Assembly: GCF_037042905.1 (NCBI RefSeq)
Contig: NC_087251.1
Coordinates: forward strand, 5,458,001-5,522,000
Direction: 5' to 3'
DNA length: 64,000 nt
Origin: Lytechinus pictus
Lineage: Eukaryota
Position numbers and translations under genes: made by a program. Below, piece after piece: positions 1 through 13,624 of the stretch; position 1 is the stretch's first letter; each line of letters opens with the position of its first letter. Below the pieces are notes generated by a model. That model worked only from the letters and a program-made list of their open reading frames with translations, did no database searches and was not told where the DNA came from.

Positions 1-59
1 TGTGCAATAATCTCTAAAGTAATAATCAGTCATCAGTGTGCCAAAACGAACTCAGTGAT

Positions 60-900
60 GATCTGGCAAGTCTAACTCCTTACTGTGCTATAAATCATCT
101 CTGAGCCAATCCAAAAAGACCCCCAAATTATAGTGTATTCCACCTTAAAAACAGAGAGCAGATCAAAAACTGAGGGTCAGTTGGTAACAAGCAAACCTAC
201 CTTGGCGTCATTCTAGACCTTTTTTTTCATAGAAAGAACATGCTGCCAAAACAAATGCAAAATTTGGAGCAAGGAATATCATTCTGAAGAAGCTGGGAGA
301 CAGATGGGGAATTGACAGATGCCAAATCTTTCTGTACCACAGCTCTTGCTCTTTGCTTCTCCACTGCTGAGTACGCAGCCCTTGGTGCTATATTGACCCC
401 AAGTCTTGAATGGAGCTTGCAGAGCCATCACTGGCTGCTTGCGACTAACAGAAGTGGGTAATCTTTACCTACTCTGTATTATTGCCCCACCGTACGTCAG
501 AAGAGAAGTCATCAGCACAGATGAAAGAAAAAAACAATCAAGAACATAGTATTCCACTCGTCAACCATGAACCTGCCAAGAGACTCAAATCTAGAGACAG
601 TTTTCTCCGCTCAACAGAATCCCTTGATGACTCTGCACGCATGAAAGCGTCACCCTCTGGTCTAACAATCTCCAGTCTGTGATGCACAATCTCACCTATG
701 GACTTAGTACATCACTATCCAGGTCCAAGTGAAGAATGGCCTACCTGATCTTGTTTGAATCGCCAATGGGGCTACAATAGGGATGGAGAAACTACCTGCA
801 ACTGTAAGGATGATCATAGGATACAACACTTTTGTGTCTGCTCCCTCCTACCAGAGCTATGAACTGCCACTGCCTTTGCCACTGCACGAGAGTCTTTTCA
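60..900 (+). mobile_element. Degraded Ingi/Vingi-like LINE, 3' part (RT thumb and C-terminal region)
   Basis: Frameshifted translation gives VFHLKNRE..., TYLGVILD, KEHAAKT.AK.GARN.ILKKL, TTALALCFSTAEYA, ACRAITGCLRLT..NLYLL, IAPP.VRRE, RLKSRDSFL. These motifs are typical of Ingi/Vingi ORFs. Boundaries are approximate. Confidence 0.75.
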
Positions 901-1399
901 CAGGAAAGTTTCATGTAATTCTTGTACCATTAACAAGACATGATATCTTTAGTGACCTAAGAAGAAGTTTGTCATTAATTATCTTACTGGTAGAAGACAC
1001 CTATTTATGGTAATCTGACATTTGGGGAAAAAATGATTATTTGCTCAAGGGTTGTTGGATGGGGGAGGGGGCGGGGACTTAATTGGTTCCTGATGGGGTT
1101 GTCGGTTAGGCTAAAACTTTGCTGAAAATGTGCCTATATTCTGATTGTTAGTGTTTTAAGGTGAAAATTACAATTTGCCAGTGAATGAGCAAAGACATTC
1201 GATGCTAACAATCTTACCCCATATCTACATACCCCCAAAAGCCACCTTTTGGAGAGACAAACTCCTGCACACCTAGGCTCCCTTTGGTCATAGTATACTG
1301 CATGATTTTAAAGGGCAATATTTGCTCTGTGCCCATCTTCTCGGGTCACTACACAAGTCCTGTGTAGTAGAGGGATCAAGCAAGATCTGGCTTTTGGGT

Positions 1400-3790
1400 T
1401 GAACGACTCCAGATCTTTGGCAGCGCACGGCTCTGGTAGGGGGGGGGGGTGCAGACCAAAAGGTGATGCACTGTCTGATCCTCCCCTCAGTCGTAGATAG
1501 TGTCTGCATTCCTGCTGTAGCCCCGAACTGCATATTAAGGACTTTGCACCTTCCTGTTCCAGACCATAGGCGATTAAGACATAGTCAGGATGACCATTCG
1601 TCACTTGAACCTGGGGGCGTGATTCGCTAGGTCACATGGAAAGCTTTTGCGTCACAGACTGGAGGTGGTTTAACCATTATAGGGGGATCCTTTGACTGTG
1701 TGCATAGCCATCAAGGGATTCAGTCAAGTGAAACGAAGGATTCGAGTCTCTTTTTGGAAGGTTCATAGTTAAAGAGTGGAAGAAGGACATTTTTTTTTTT
1801 GCTTGTTTTTCCACCCATTCTGATACCTCTATGTGTGGGGGACTGTGCCACACAGTAGGTAAAGATCGTTTACTCTTTTGGTAGCGGACAGTCGGAAATT
1901 GCTCAGCAAGCAGCATTCAGGACTGGGTTAAACTTGAAGCATACAGCAGAGCTTTTGAACGGATGGTTTGGCATCTGCTCCCCATATCGTGTTAGCAAGC
2001 CTCTTTTTGATGTTGTTCCTTTCTCCAGCTTTTGCCTTTGTCTCGGCAATATGTTCTTTGTACGCAAGAGTGCCGTCAAGGTAGGCAGGCTTGCTGGAGT
2101 GTTTCATTCACTTTCAAGTTTCAACACCATCTGACCAGCAGTTTCCGGTCTGCATCTCTATTGTTAAGGTGGAAGACGCTAAGTTGGGTTTTCTCTGGAT
2201 AGTAAAGAGTCAGATATGCCAGAGCATCACTGAATGTTTTTTTCCACCTCTTCTGCTTTTATGAGGCAATGCACAGTTCATCAGCATAGGTAGCTCTTGG
2301 TGTTTGGGTGGATTAGTTGGTCGTTTGTGTATTTGGACAAGGACACTTCTTTGTTGGGGACAATTTTTCTGCCTCCACCATTTGCTGCTGGAACCACTGA
2401 GATTCACAAACAACCGGTTTGAGGACATGTTCTGAATTAGCCTTGTCAACTTGACGTCCTTTGTCATCACAATGACTTTCCTCGTAAGTAGGCCTACCCT
2501 ATGATTAACTGGTTCATAAGCTGCAGAGAAGTCAACAAAGGCTTCTCCAGTTTTCAGACCTTCCTCAAACCATCTGATGTACCGATTCAGATTCAGTACT
2601 GGATAAGTAAAGGACTTTTCTGGCCTGAATCTTGCCTACTTGAATGAGGAACTCAGTCACAAAGGGAGCAATGCGGTTAAGCAGGAGCCTTTCAAAGGGA
2701 TTGTGTGTGTGACAGAGTAGAGAGATAGTTCTGTAACTCCTTGGGCTGATTGGGTCTTTGCCTGGCTCGAGTTAGGCAACTACCCTCAATTTCCTCTTGC
2801 CATTTTTTTTCTCATGCAAACAGTCGATTAATATGTCAGCAGCCATTGGGCTGCAACAGGTCCAAGAAGTGTGATCTGCTCACAGAGGATATCTAATCCA
2901 GGTTCCTTGTTGCTCTTCATTATTTTCTTTAATAGCATAGCACAAGCAGACAAGACGTTCATGCTGAATTGTCTTGTGTTTTCAAATGACTCTTCAGTTG
3001 GGACGCTGTCTCTGCTCTTTTAGGGAGGTTGGCCCTTCGCGGGCAATAAATAGGGTGACCATGACTGTACACAAGAAGATAGTGGGTCACTTGGTCGGTG
3101 GTCACTAGGGGTATAGTTTGAGACTCGCATAGTCGTTTTCAAGGATCCGAATTGTTTTCCCGGCTTTTCTGCTGTAGTGAGTCATATCCATTGATTTGTT
3201 AAATCACTGTCACTTTCTTTTTTTACTATCCATAATGGCAGTTGTCTATTTCCCCCCACATTCAAGTGTATCGGCACCAAAGGGGTAATTCTAAAAGCTC
3301 CTGAAATATTTATTGTACAGCAGCTTCGTCATCCGTCAAGCCAGGAGAATAGTTTGTACGGCATCCTCGTGGAATATTTTTCTGTGATGATTTCTTCAAC
3401 AGCTTTCCAAATGTGCGTAATGAGTAGGGAGTGCTGGAAGATCCTGTGGGTAGGTATTCGGATCTATGACAAACTGCTCCCAGATTGCTTTCTTCAGGGT
3501 GAAACGTCTGTGAAAGGGAACTGTGCGTGGAGTAATGGCTGCATTCGCCTTCAGCCCAATCGGTCGATGTTGAGTGTGCGGGAGAGGGTCAAGCACAACC
3601 TTCTCACATTTTGTTCCGTGATGCAATCTGATTTGCATCTGACCAGTTCTCCACAAGTTCTCCATCTCGTTGGTTTATCCATACCCCCAGATAATGCTGT
3701 GACTGATTAAATCCCCAATAATTATATTTCCTCGATCGGAGGTGGCTTTACGGGGAAGGGAGAGAGATTGGTTAGGAGGTTTATAGAAAG
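1400..3790 (-). mobile_element. Degraded Ingi/Vingi-like LINE (APE endonuclease, RT, C-terminus)
   Basis: On the minus strand, APE motifs YKPP...IIIGD..SHS.IWGY (~3690-3790) and CEKVVLDPLPHTQHRPI...VPFHRRFTLKKAIWEQF (3396-3665). RT remnants WRQKN.PQ.SVL and a YADE-like motif (~2280-2400). Also SVFHLNNRDADRKL and CLNRLWSGTGRCK (~1540). Many stops and frameshifts. Confidence 0.8.
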
Positions 3791-6511
3791 AATTTAAAGA
3801 AATACTCATAAGTTCAATGGTTAGGACTTTGCCCGTTAGCTTGCTGAGAGGCCTACTCCTAATTAATTCTACTTAAACAGATATTTGACCTGTTAATTAA
3901 CTGCTGAAATCAGTAATGCCCATAAAGAATGTACAGGGACTAACCGGTTCTAGTGAGCAACAGACTCAGATTAGAGTAATTTTTGTTGTCTACTTGATAG
4001 ATGTACGACATACTGAGGATCTCTTGATCTGTGTTTAAATCAGGGCAGGTGATCATTTGAAAGCTTTTTTTTCACCAGGTTGTGCAGATAAACCAGCAAT
4101 ACTGCTTGAAGGTCTGCAAATAGTTTATTGTGTTACTGTCCCATTGCCCATGCATTGGTATGATAAAAAGGGAGGGGGGGGGGGGGAAAGAAAAAAAACC
4201 TTGCAGCACAGGAAAATTGCCAGATTTGCAGATAAAAACTTTGATAGATCATTGTGATTTACACATTTTAGTAGGTACCCCCAAAAGTAATTAGCTTTTG
4301 AGTTCACAATCACTACAGTTTAGGAATTATATTTGCCATACTGATAAATAATTTTGAATATTGAATGGTCTTGGATATGTATTTCCCTTCCTAACATGTT
4401 GTACGATCAAATGTTTCAAATAACAAACTACCCATTTCCTCTCCCATTGCCGTATGAAGTGAAAAGTTACATTTTTGACTGAAAATTTTCACAAAATTCA
4501 CCAAAAGTGTGCAGGATATCCTTCAATTTACTATGAAAAAGCGCCCCTTGCCAAACTCAGTAGCTTCGCTCCCTCGCTTTGTTTCTTTAAAAAAAATTAA
4601 TCGTTTTGCCACCCCAAGGAAAAAATTTCTGCATACAGCTATGCCCTCTCTCAATATGCCGACTGCCTGGCCAGATGGGTGAAACTAATTGTCATAAATG
4701 CTTAGAATAGTATAAGATGCATTTTGAGGACCAAAAAGGGAATTTTTGGGAGGTTACAGGCTTGAAATATCGCCAAAAAGTGATGGTTGCTAGGGAAAAT
4801 GCTGTTGCTAGGCAACATAATGGTTTCCATAGGTAACGGAAAAATCTATGAATAATCTATTATTTAGATTAGAACAGATAACATGACACAGCAGGGTATC
4901 TAAGAATGATTTAAAACAATATTATAAAATCCATAAAATGATGCCGATATAGTCGTAAATACACACAAACATATTAGTGATATCCGTCACATGCAGGGGT
5001 TAATCAAACATGGCAATAATGTAATTTTTCATGATCATAAATGCATTATACATCCTAGTCTTCCTCTTTTATCCCTTTTTCATAAAAATTCACCTTCTTC
5101 ATTAGTTTTTACAAATCAAAAACAAAAAAAAATGATAAAATGAATTAATCTGGTCAAAAAATAAGAGAATATTAAAAAATGAATATGGTTGCTAGGGAAA
5201 AAATGTTGCTAGGCAACAGTTTTGAAATCAAATACAGATGAAATATATGTTTGGTTGCTAGGCGTTATCATATCATTCAACCTGTAGTGATTTTATCCTC
5301 GTAAAGTCTATATTCATATATAAATTAGTGTAATTAATTAACAAATATAAATGATAAGTTACTGCTTTGCATTTATCACAAAAGTGGGCGTGGCCGATTC
5401 AAGGCTGGTTTCCATGGTGAAGCTACACTGTGCGACACTTTTAATTCTCAGTTCTAAAAAATTCAGAAAATTTCCTTAAAAATGATGCATGTTTTTGCTT
5501 TGATCCAGTCGGGGGGATTAAAGTCCCAAATTTTGGCCTCTCGCCGCTCACCTAATAGGTCTGTGATCTGATTTTGGAATAAAACGTAGTAATTCGATGC
5601 GAATATCGAGACATTGAACATCTTCCTGTTTAAAGTTCTAAATCATCGTACGAATACTTATATTCAAATGTGTAACTATGCTGCCATTATCATTAGAATG
5701 AAAACGAATTTAATATCTAGTCGTAATGACATCATAGAAAAAGTACGATTGACTACAATTTGAAACCAATGTCCGTCACCCAAATTTATGATAATCAAAC
5801 AAAAGCAGTCATCCAAAATTCTTATTCTAGTATTCTTACAGCTAATGTAAACCTTCGAAAAAGAAAATTTCATTCACATTTCAGAAAATAGGCAAAATGC
5901 GATTTGTTCCCAAATCAGATCGTGGACAGGTCGTAAGGTGTGCAAAGGCCTTCAGGTAGTTCGGGTTGTTGGGTGTGGACGTGTCGATAAGCTGGTGCCA
6001 GGTAAAAATGGCAGAGGTAATAATGGCAGAGGTAATAATGGCAGAGGTAAAAATGGCAGAGATAAAAATGGCAGAAGTAATAATGGCAGAAGTAAAGACG
6101 ATAAAGATTACGTCATAATAATTATTATCCTTGACCGGACTCTTGTCGACGAAATGGGCAATAAGAACTGATTAAATATTATGTTGTTTTTCGTCATTTT
6201 AGGTCTATACTTTGTCAATTATATGACTAAACTCAAGCATTATCTTGCCAAAATGAATTCAATTAGTGACTGATGAAAGGATCTTAAGTTCGTAAGCAGA
6301 ACAGCGCTTCACATGCAAACCCAACGATTTCGTTTATGTAAACACCAATGTGTGTATCCATTAACCCTCTGAAACGATCAAGTTCGGGTCTACTTCGGAC
6401 TGCTTTCATAATTTAACCCGGATAACTAAAAAAACAACTGAACATTCTGTAATAAAAGCAATTTTCTTTATTTCCACATCATGATGGATCATGATGAATA
6501 GATATTGATGT

Positions 6512-6758
6512 CACTGGCGGATCCAGGGGGCACAGCTGGCCCGTGCCCCCCCCCCCCCCCTTGAGAGGTACAATTACAATCTTAGCAAATATGCGGTACC
6601 AACTCAAGTGTGCCCCCTTTTTAAAGCGATGATATTTTTTTTGCTTGCTTACTATTTTTTGTGGACGAACTACCTTAAGTTGTAGGTGGAAAACTTCTTT
6701 GCGTGTAATTTTTCAGGAAAATGTGCCCTCCCTTTGGAAAATCCTGGATCACCCCCTG
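6512..6758. mobile_element. hAT-type MITE nested in the foldback element
   Basis: TIRs CACTGGCGGATCCAGG / CCTGGATCACCCCCTG. 8-bp TSD ATTGATGT / ATTAATGT. Confidence 0.75.
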
Positions 6759-6971
6759 ATTAATGTGATACGTTTAATCAAATGTAAATTATACAATTAA
6801 TGTTCAGTCTTTAGAGCAATACCTCATTGCAGCTAGTCCACGTGGATGTCAGGTTCCCAAACTAGTGTATATGGTAACTGTTACCACATGGATTTTGAAA
6901 TGTTTAGCGAATTAAGGATTCAAATTTATGGGTGTTTCTTATATAGGTACCATTCTCAGGGGCTGTTTTGC

Positions 6972-7424
6972 AGAGGTAGTTCGCCCTAATGAATAATAAA
7001 AATAGCAGAAAATATATTGGTGAAGGTCTGAGGAAAAAATCATCAAAGATCAAGAAAGTTATTAAGTTTTAGTCTGTGACGTCATATGGGAAGCTGCCCC
7101 ATGACATTTTATGCACTACAAAATGGTTCATAATTGTTTTTAAAAAATATTTCAGGAGCGTAAGTGAAATGATTTGTCTCTTGATATATACCTGTATACT
7201 GAATATAAAATAAACAACATTTTGATTTTTTTCTAGAAAATGACATTTCATTAAAAAAAATTTTACACCAAATATGCGAAAACTGCTCGCAAATGACGTC
7301 ATCATTAAAATATAAAAGTATAGTTTTTTTAATCTTTGATGGATTTCCTAAAACCCTCACCAATATTTTATTTATTTTTTGCTATTCTACAATGAATTTC
7401 ATGTGAGGTTGAACTTCCCCTTTG
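6972..7424. mobile_element. Degenerate palindromic MITE (Kolobok-like family)
   Basis: Inverted arms AAAATATATTGGTGAAGGTCTGAGGAAA / TTTCCTAAAACCCTCACCAATATTTT and internal TGACGTCA motifs. Layout resembles the elements at 41800 and 53383. Confidence 0.45.
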
Positions 7425-9346
7425 ATGAATTAAGTACAATTGCAATCTAGAGTGTGCCTCAAATTTGAATATTAGTACAGCGATTTGACATGGGAAGGCC
7501 GTCCATGAGATTCCAGAAAAAATAAGATATTCCAACCAAAAGATTATCAATTTGGTGCAGACGATCTATCTATGATTTAAAAAAATGTTACCCTTTCCAT
7601 TATTTTCCATTATTTATTATTTTTTTGCATGGGGGTTTAAGACTTTACCTATACCATTATGACCTCTGCCATTTCTACCTCTGCCATTATTACCTCTGCC
7701 ATTCTTACCTCTGCCATTTTTACCTCTGCCATTTTTACCTCTGCCATTATTCCCTCTGCCATTATTACCTCTGCCATTATTACATCTGCCATTTTTACCT
7801 CTGCCATTTTTACACCGAGCCGATGAGCCGCCGTGCGTGCTCTGTACTCCAGTACAGAACTGCATGACGGGATGTGATCTAGGATTGAGAAAAACAACCT
7901 TGGGTTATTTCAATCCAGACATTATGATTTCTTATAGTCTTCTCAGTAAGTATTAATCATTCACAAAAGTTTACCCAACATTAGGTAGAAAGGGAAAATG
8001 CATGTTTGCGGCGTAATTTTGTCCTCAATATTGGGCAAAATGCAAGTTTAAATGGTTAGTTTCGACGCAATATCGCGTAAAGTTTGCTAAGTATTTGGCA
8101 TCATTATCAAGCAGACATACATATTCCCATTTTACCCAATATTGTGTGAACTGTTTTAGAGTGTTCAGAGTTTGAATGTCAAGAAAAGATTCTAATAATG
8201 GAATATGTGCCGTTCACCATTTTTATTTTATTTGACTTTCGATGGATGAAGCGTGGGCGAATTTTTAAATTATTGTATACGTATAATGACATGACATGTT
8301 TTTTTGTCCTTTCCAAGTATTTCCCTCCCTTGTTTCATTCTCTATTTTCTATCTTCTTATCCTTTTCTTCCTTTTCTCAATGAAGAACATTTATTTCATT
8401 TCGACAAATGGGGTAGTATCCAAAAATGATGGAATGGTAAAACCAATAGCTTTCTTACCGTTAATTGAAATGGTCTGTGAGACATGTTTTCTCATTGACA
8501 AATATGCCGTTATCATAAACAAACCATAAAAAACTAATTAAAAGGAATTCTTTAGGGAAATAGTACTTAATGATCTTACTTTGAAAGGCTACAAGTTCTA
8601 GGTAACATGGGTAATTGAATATTCAATATAAAAACGATGTTATGGCTGTCAAATGGAACAAGATATACCCACCGAGGAATAGGTCAACTGGACATACTGG
8701 ATTATGATGTCAGTGTGTTTATTCAAATAAGAATATGTTATTCTAAGGTTGGACTGAGGTTAATTCGATCTTTGTTTCGCCTATGCGCCTACATTCCTCA
8801 ATTATTATCAAACCTTTGGCTACCAAAGTCTCTCTTCAAATTTTAGCAAAATATTGTAAAAATATTCCAGTCCTAAAAATCGATGAACTCTCGACAATAT
8901 CAGTGAGAATTAAGCTTGATAATTGGTTTTTGGCAGCTGGAAGTGAAATGCTAATTTTTTTTCAATGATCGCTGTTCGCGAGGGAATCTGCCATCTGCCG
9001 GAAATATATCACCATCATGTCTAAAGGTGTTGAGGAAAATCATTACCGCAAGCATCCCCTAACATTTGATATTGATGTTCTTTGTATATAATCATTTCAA
9101 AACATTCAGAAATATGTATAGTTTGGTGGTATGTGAGTTAGAGTATGGTTAGAATTTTTTCAGCTTCGGGTAGAGTATCCAACGTACTTCAGGATGTAAC
9201 CTAATAAGACGCGGAAACCACTCTGTTCATTATCCTTCTTGCGTTGGTTATTTCAATATTACCGATAACCATTCATTTTTAGATCATTGATGATTACATG
9301 AAGGTATCAATCAACCGTTTGAATTTGACCTTAAAGCTAGCATTAT

Positions 9347-9584
9347 CACTGTAAAAAATATCGGGTAAAACTTTTTATACCACGAGGGTAATTATGTTTC
9401 CAACCAATTTTGGGCAGTATTTTACCCAATGCGGGAAGCATATTGTCCAGTAGGGTTAAAAAAAAGCAGCAATTACTTTAGAATTGGCAACATATTTATC
9501 ACACTGGATAAATAGAAATGCCCATTGTTGGTTGGACACATAATTATCCTCATGGAGCACTTTTATCCTATATTTTCTATAGTG
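9347..9584. mobile_element. MITE with CACT...AGTG termini (CACTA/EnSpm-like)
   Basis: TIRs CACTGTAAAAAATATCGGGTAAAA / TTTTATCCTATATTTTCTATAGTG. Confidence 0.65.
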
Positions 9585-11203
9585 AAGTATTAATGATTTC
9601 TGTATAGTCATATTTTGACTCGGAGTGGAATCAAATGAGAGTCGACTCGAAATGAAAGTGATGCGGAAAACGAGTTACTTTAACACTAATGAAGTTTAAT
9701 TCCAACTTACATCATTTCTGAGTTAAAAATTGGCCCTGAAAAAAAATAATGTGTAAAATTCACCCTCTCTGTGTTTATCACTGAGAAGACACACAGTAGT
9801 TGTTAAATCAATTAATTTTGCACTTCATCTCTGTTCATGTTGTCAGATCTATTTCTGTTAATACATCCATACTTCCTTAACCATGTTAATGATACATGCT
9901 AAATGGCATCAGTGAGTGAATGCATAGTCTTGATCTTAACACTGAAAATATTTGATCTAAGGATAACCGTAGTAGCTTCGGAATAATTTGCGCTTTCCGC
10001 TATGACTAAAATTTAACTTTCATAATTTCTATGATGATGATCACATACTTGGACTGGTCAAATACTTCGCAATGTCATGAGCTAAACAGTCGAGAGTGTG
10101 ATGGGTTGATTATTCTAGTTTGTCGTCTTTTCTGCGGTGATAGTTTTCAATAATACTAGAAAGTAAAGACGAAGTGGGATTAATTTTGAGAATCTGTACG
10201 ATGGTCCTCTCTTTTCAATATTGGGATTTACCTGCACAAAATGGCCATGCCTGAAAGATGGACTAAAATCATATTTTAGCGGTTTGCTTGCGCGCAGACT
10301 TTGAAAGCTGAACTTGAAGATACGCTACCTGAAGTAGCGTGATTACTGTATAGACGGTAGCCGGAATTGCGATCATTTTTTTTAAAATCGTACATTGATT
10401 ACGGCATTGAACACATCTAATATCTTAATGTCCATTCTTAACAACAATAATTCATTCAGCGCAGATTATTACATCCATGAAAAATTAATTGAACCTTTAT
10501 ATAGGCGAGGATATTGTTACATTAAGAAAGAAGGAATATTTACTGTTGTATACATAGGAAAAGGTAAGTTTAACTTGTCTTTAATAACGGACGCCTAAAC
10601 ACGGCAATGAATGTCCCGAGCCAGGTCTTGATGTATTCGGTCTCCTCATAAACACGACTTGTCATTTCCTTTAGCACGTTTAGTCAGTGCTCCCACTGTG
10701 GACATTATAGGTAGTATGGACACATTTGATGGAAACAGATAAGCTTTACGTATATAAGCCCTGAGGGCGATTGATATTTTTTATACCGAAAATCACCCAC
10801 TAACAGACAAAAGTCCTTACTCACTTATTATATGTGTCTGTATACCAGTCAAATGATGAGTGAAAGTGAATATATCCATCGCTCTTTACTTAACGGTTTT
10901 TATTTCGCTCGAAGCTACAATTAAGAAAATCATTTGATGAGCCAAATTGATAATGCTCGCTCTAAAACGTTACTAGATTGTTGGTTTTCTTTAAAGTATA
11001 CATCCAAAGACAATTCACGAAAGTGATGATTATAGACAAATTATATATGAATGGAAAGGTCTTGTCTTTTTAAACACAAATATGTCACTAAAAAGTCTTA
11101 TTGATGTCGTGGAAATGCAAGAAATGAAATTATTAGAGACCCTTCTCAGCCCCCCAGCCGCCCCCAGACAGACAGTCACGCGATCAAAAACAGTCGAGAA
11201 TAA

Positions 11204-11211
11204 TGACGTCA
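11204..11211. promoter_or_regulatory. CRE palindrome TGACGTCA near the left end of the Kolobok-like element (mirror copy at 14358-14365)
   Basis: Exact motif at symmetric positions near both ends. Function is inferred only. Confidence 0.4.
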
Positions 11212-12146
11212 CATGATCGACTCACTCTGTGCAAGCCAGCAGTACACTGATAGCTGATTCACCTTCCTGGTCTCTATTTTTCTTCGAATTTACCGTTTTC
11301 TTCATGTATTGTGATATCCGAATTCTGTTTTCGAAAACTTCAGACTATAAGGGAACCAGAACTGTGTTATTTTGCCCGTTTTTTATTGAATTGTGAACTG
11401 GAAAGATCGATTTTGTCCACTCGACAGTCTTCGTTGTGTTGCTCTACTAACTATTGAAAAACTCCAAGCTGCACGATCCCATTCACTTGCTCCCGATGCA
11501 TGTTGCAGGCTACGCTGTTTGATCCAGTCAAAAGTCAAGGTAAGCATGTTTGGAAACTGTACTTGTTCTGACGATGCATTCAGGTCAGATGACAGATACA
11601 GATCTGATATAAGTTTAGAATCATGCATTTTGGCATAACTACTATTAAAATTAAAAAGTTTTTATTTTAGAAATAATGTTTTTGCACAATTCCAGCAGAT
11701 TTTTTCTTCAGATTTCTAAAACTGGTCAGGACTCAGGCAGGCGATTAAATTATTTAGGAGCACTGGTATGGACCATGGCTGAAAATCTGCTGTTTCAGAG
11801 GAATGTTTAAGTTTTTATTATACACAGAATTATATCACCATGATGCCGATGTCATGAAGCCAGACAAATTTTCAGCAGTGATTACCCTGATTCCTGGCCA
11901 AAAGCGTTTGGCAGTGGATTTCTAACTAGTGGGTCGCGCGTGCTGGGATCTCACTTCTTGGGTCCATGACTTCTATGGCTTGAATTTTCTGTGCGCGGCG
12001 GCATGTAATGAACCCTTGGGTGGGCCAAAATTAGAGTCTGGTGTTTCTTTCTGATTAGAGTGTTGCTGCATATATATATGCGTAATGCCTTCAATAATGA
12101 ATATAAATGCAATCTTTGTAATGACACAGAGACTCAGAGAGCACCG

Positions 12147-12295
12147 TACCTCAAGTGATGTTCGTGTAGTCTCCACCTCACTACTGCTACAGCCTACACT
12201 ACGCTACACACCTACCCGGGTAGGTGTGGCGTACATGTACGGTAGTGTAGCGGTAGTGAAGTGGAGTGGGGCCTACACAAACATCACTTGAGGTA
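12147..12295. mobile_element. ~150-bp palindromic MITE with TA TSD
   Basis: TA-CCTCAAGTGATGTTCGTGTAG ... CTACACAAACATCACTTGAGG-TA with central palindrome CACACCTACCCGGGTAGGTGTG. Confidence 0.75.
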
Positions 12296-13287
12296 GAGCA
12301 CCAGTGTTCTGAGTGGAACTTTTCAGGTGTCTAAACCTACTATCATTTGTTGTTGACCGGGAATTACATGCCACCGCACGTCATCAATCTCACGATAATT
12401 AAATTCATACTTTGATTTGATTATTTAAACTATTTCTTTTTTTCTCTCTTCTACACACAGATCTGCACACTTGCTGACTCTGGTGACTTTCTGGTCTCTG
12501 CTTGCTACCTCAATCTGGGAGATTCCATCATGTCCTTTTACTATGATTTGGATATAGCCATTTTTTTCTTCACTCTTTCCAGGACCTACGGTTTGCAAGT
12601 TGTGGACTGATAATGATACAAAAGAAAAATTTTCTTTATCAATCTTGGAAACAATTTTGAGCACAGTTTTGGAGAGAACTAAGAAATTTGACTTGGACAG
12701 GAATACAGCTTGTCAAAAATAATAACACACAATTTAAACGAACGAACAATTTTAATGTTACTAGGGCATTTTGCGAGAAATGTTATACTCAATCACACGT
12801 CCCAAATCAAGGGTAAGTCCTTTGATTAAACATGTAGCTGAATTGCGATTGCAACTCGACCTTATTACGCTTGAATTTGAATTTAAGACTTACGCTTGAT
12901 TTGCAATTGAACATAAGTTTCTTGCAGTGCCCCATAATTATGTTTTGTTATCAGATATTTAACGTGCTGATTTTTCTCGAAAGGTATAATATATTTGTCC
13001 TTTTAAACGGTATTTGAATATGGGTACGCCTTTTATTTGTTTTCCACAATATTTATTGCATGTATGAACAGAAGTGAAATATTTATTGTGAAGCACTGTG
13101 AATGTTGTGTGCTGTTGTGTGATGGTTCATCATTTTTGTTATAAGACTGAAAGCCTGGTGGATATGAGGAAGTGGCCTGGATGAAAGAAAACTTAGAAAA
13201 GTGAACATGTGTCCAATTACTGATTTGCATATTCTAAGACAATTTTGTTTCTGGATAAATTTTGCTATGCATTCCCTACATTAAGAG

Positions 13288-13624
13288 TAAAGGAGAAGTC
13301 CACGCAATCAAAAATTCATTTGAATTTAAAGAAAAATAACAAGATATTGCAGGAAATTTCATAAAAACTTTGATTCAAATTTATATAATTACTATTTTGA
13401 CAGTTCCGTAAATATAACCTATTGTGATCAGATGAAGAGTTTCCTATCGTCAAATCTGCAAAGAATAAAAAACAAAATGCCACAAAAAATAGAAACGAAT
13501 GTGATGTGAGTGACAACTCTAATTTGCATATCATTGTTTTGTGTATATGACTGTTTTGAGTAAAAACAACAAGGGAAATTACTCTATTCAAATAATTTTT
13601 AGTTGATGTGGACTTGACTTTTAA
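13288..13624. mobile_element. Kolobok-like MITE nested in the larger element
   Basis: Ends TAAAGGAGAAGTCCAC / GTGGACTTGACTTTTAA, same family as 53383-53973. Confidence 0.6.

Larger units (their letters stand above)
5994..7821. mobile_element. Foldback-type non-autonomous DNA transposon (Mutator-like or TU-like) with arms of 15-bp tandem repeats
   Basis: (GGTAAAAATGGCAGA)n at ~6001-6097 and its reverse complement at ~7652-7813. Termini are GG...CC. The junction sequences CGATAAGCTG and CGATGAGCCG match at 8/10, consistent with a decayed TSD. Confidence 0.7.

Noticed and set aside
5938..7897. GRGNN / MAEV repeat ORFs resembling RGG proteins
   Set aside because: They derive from the 15-bp arrays of the foldback element.
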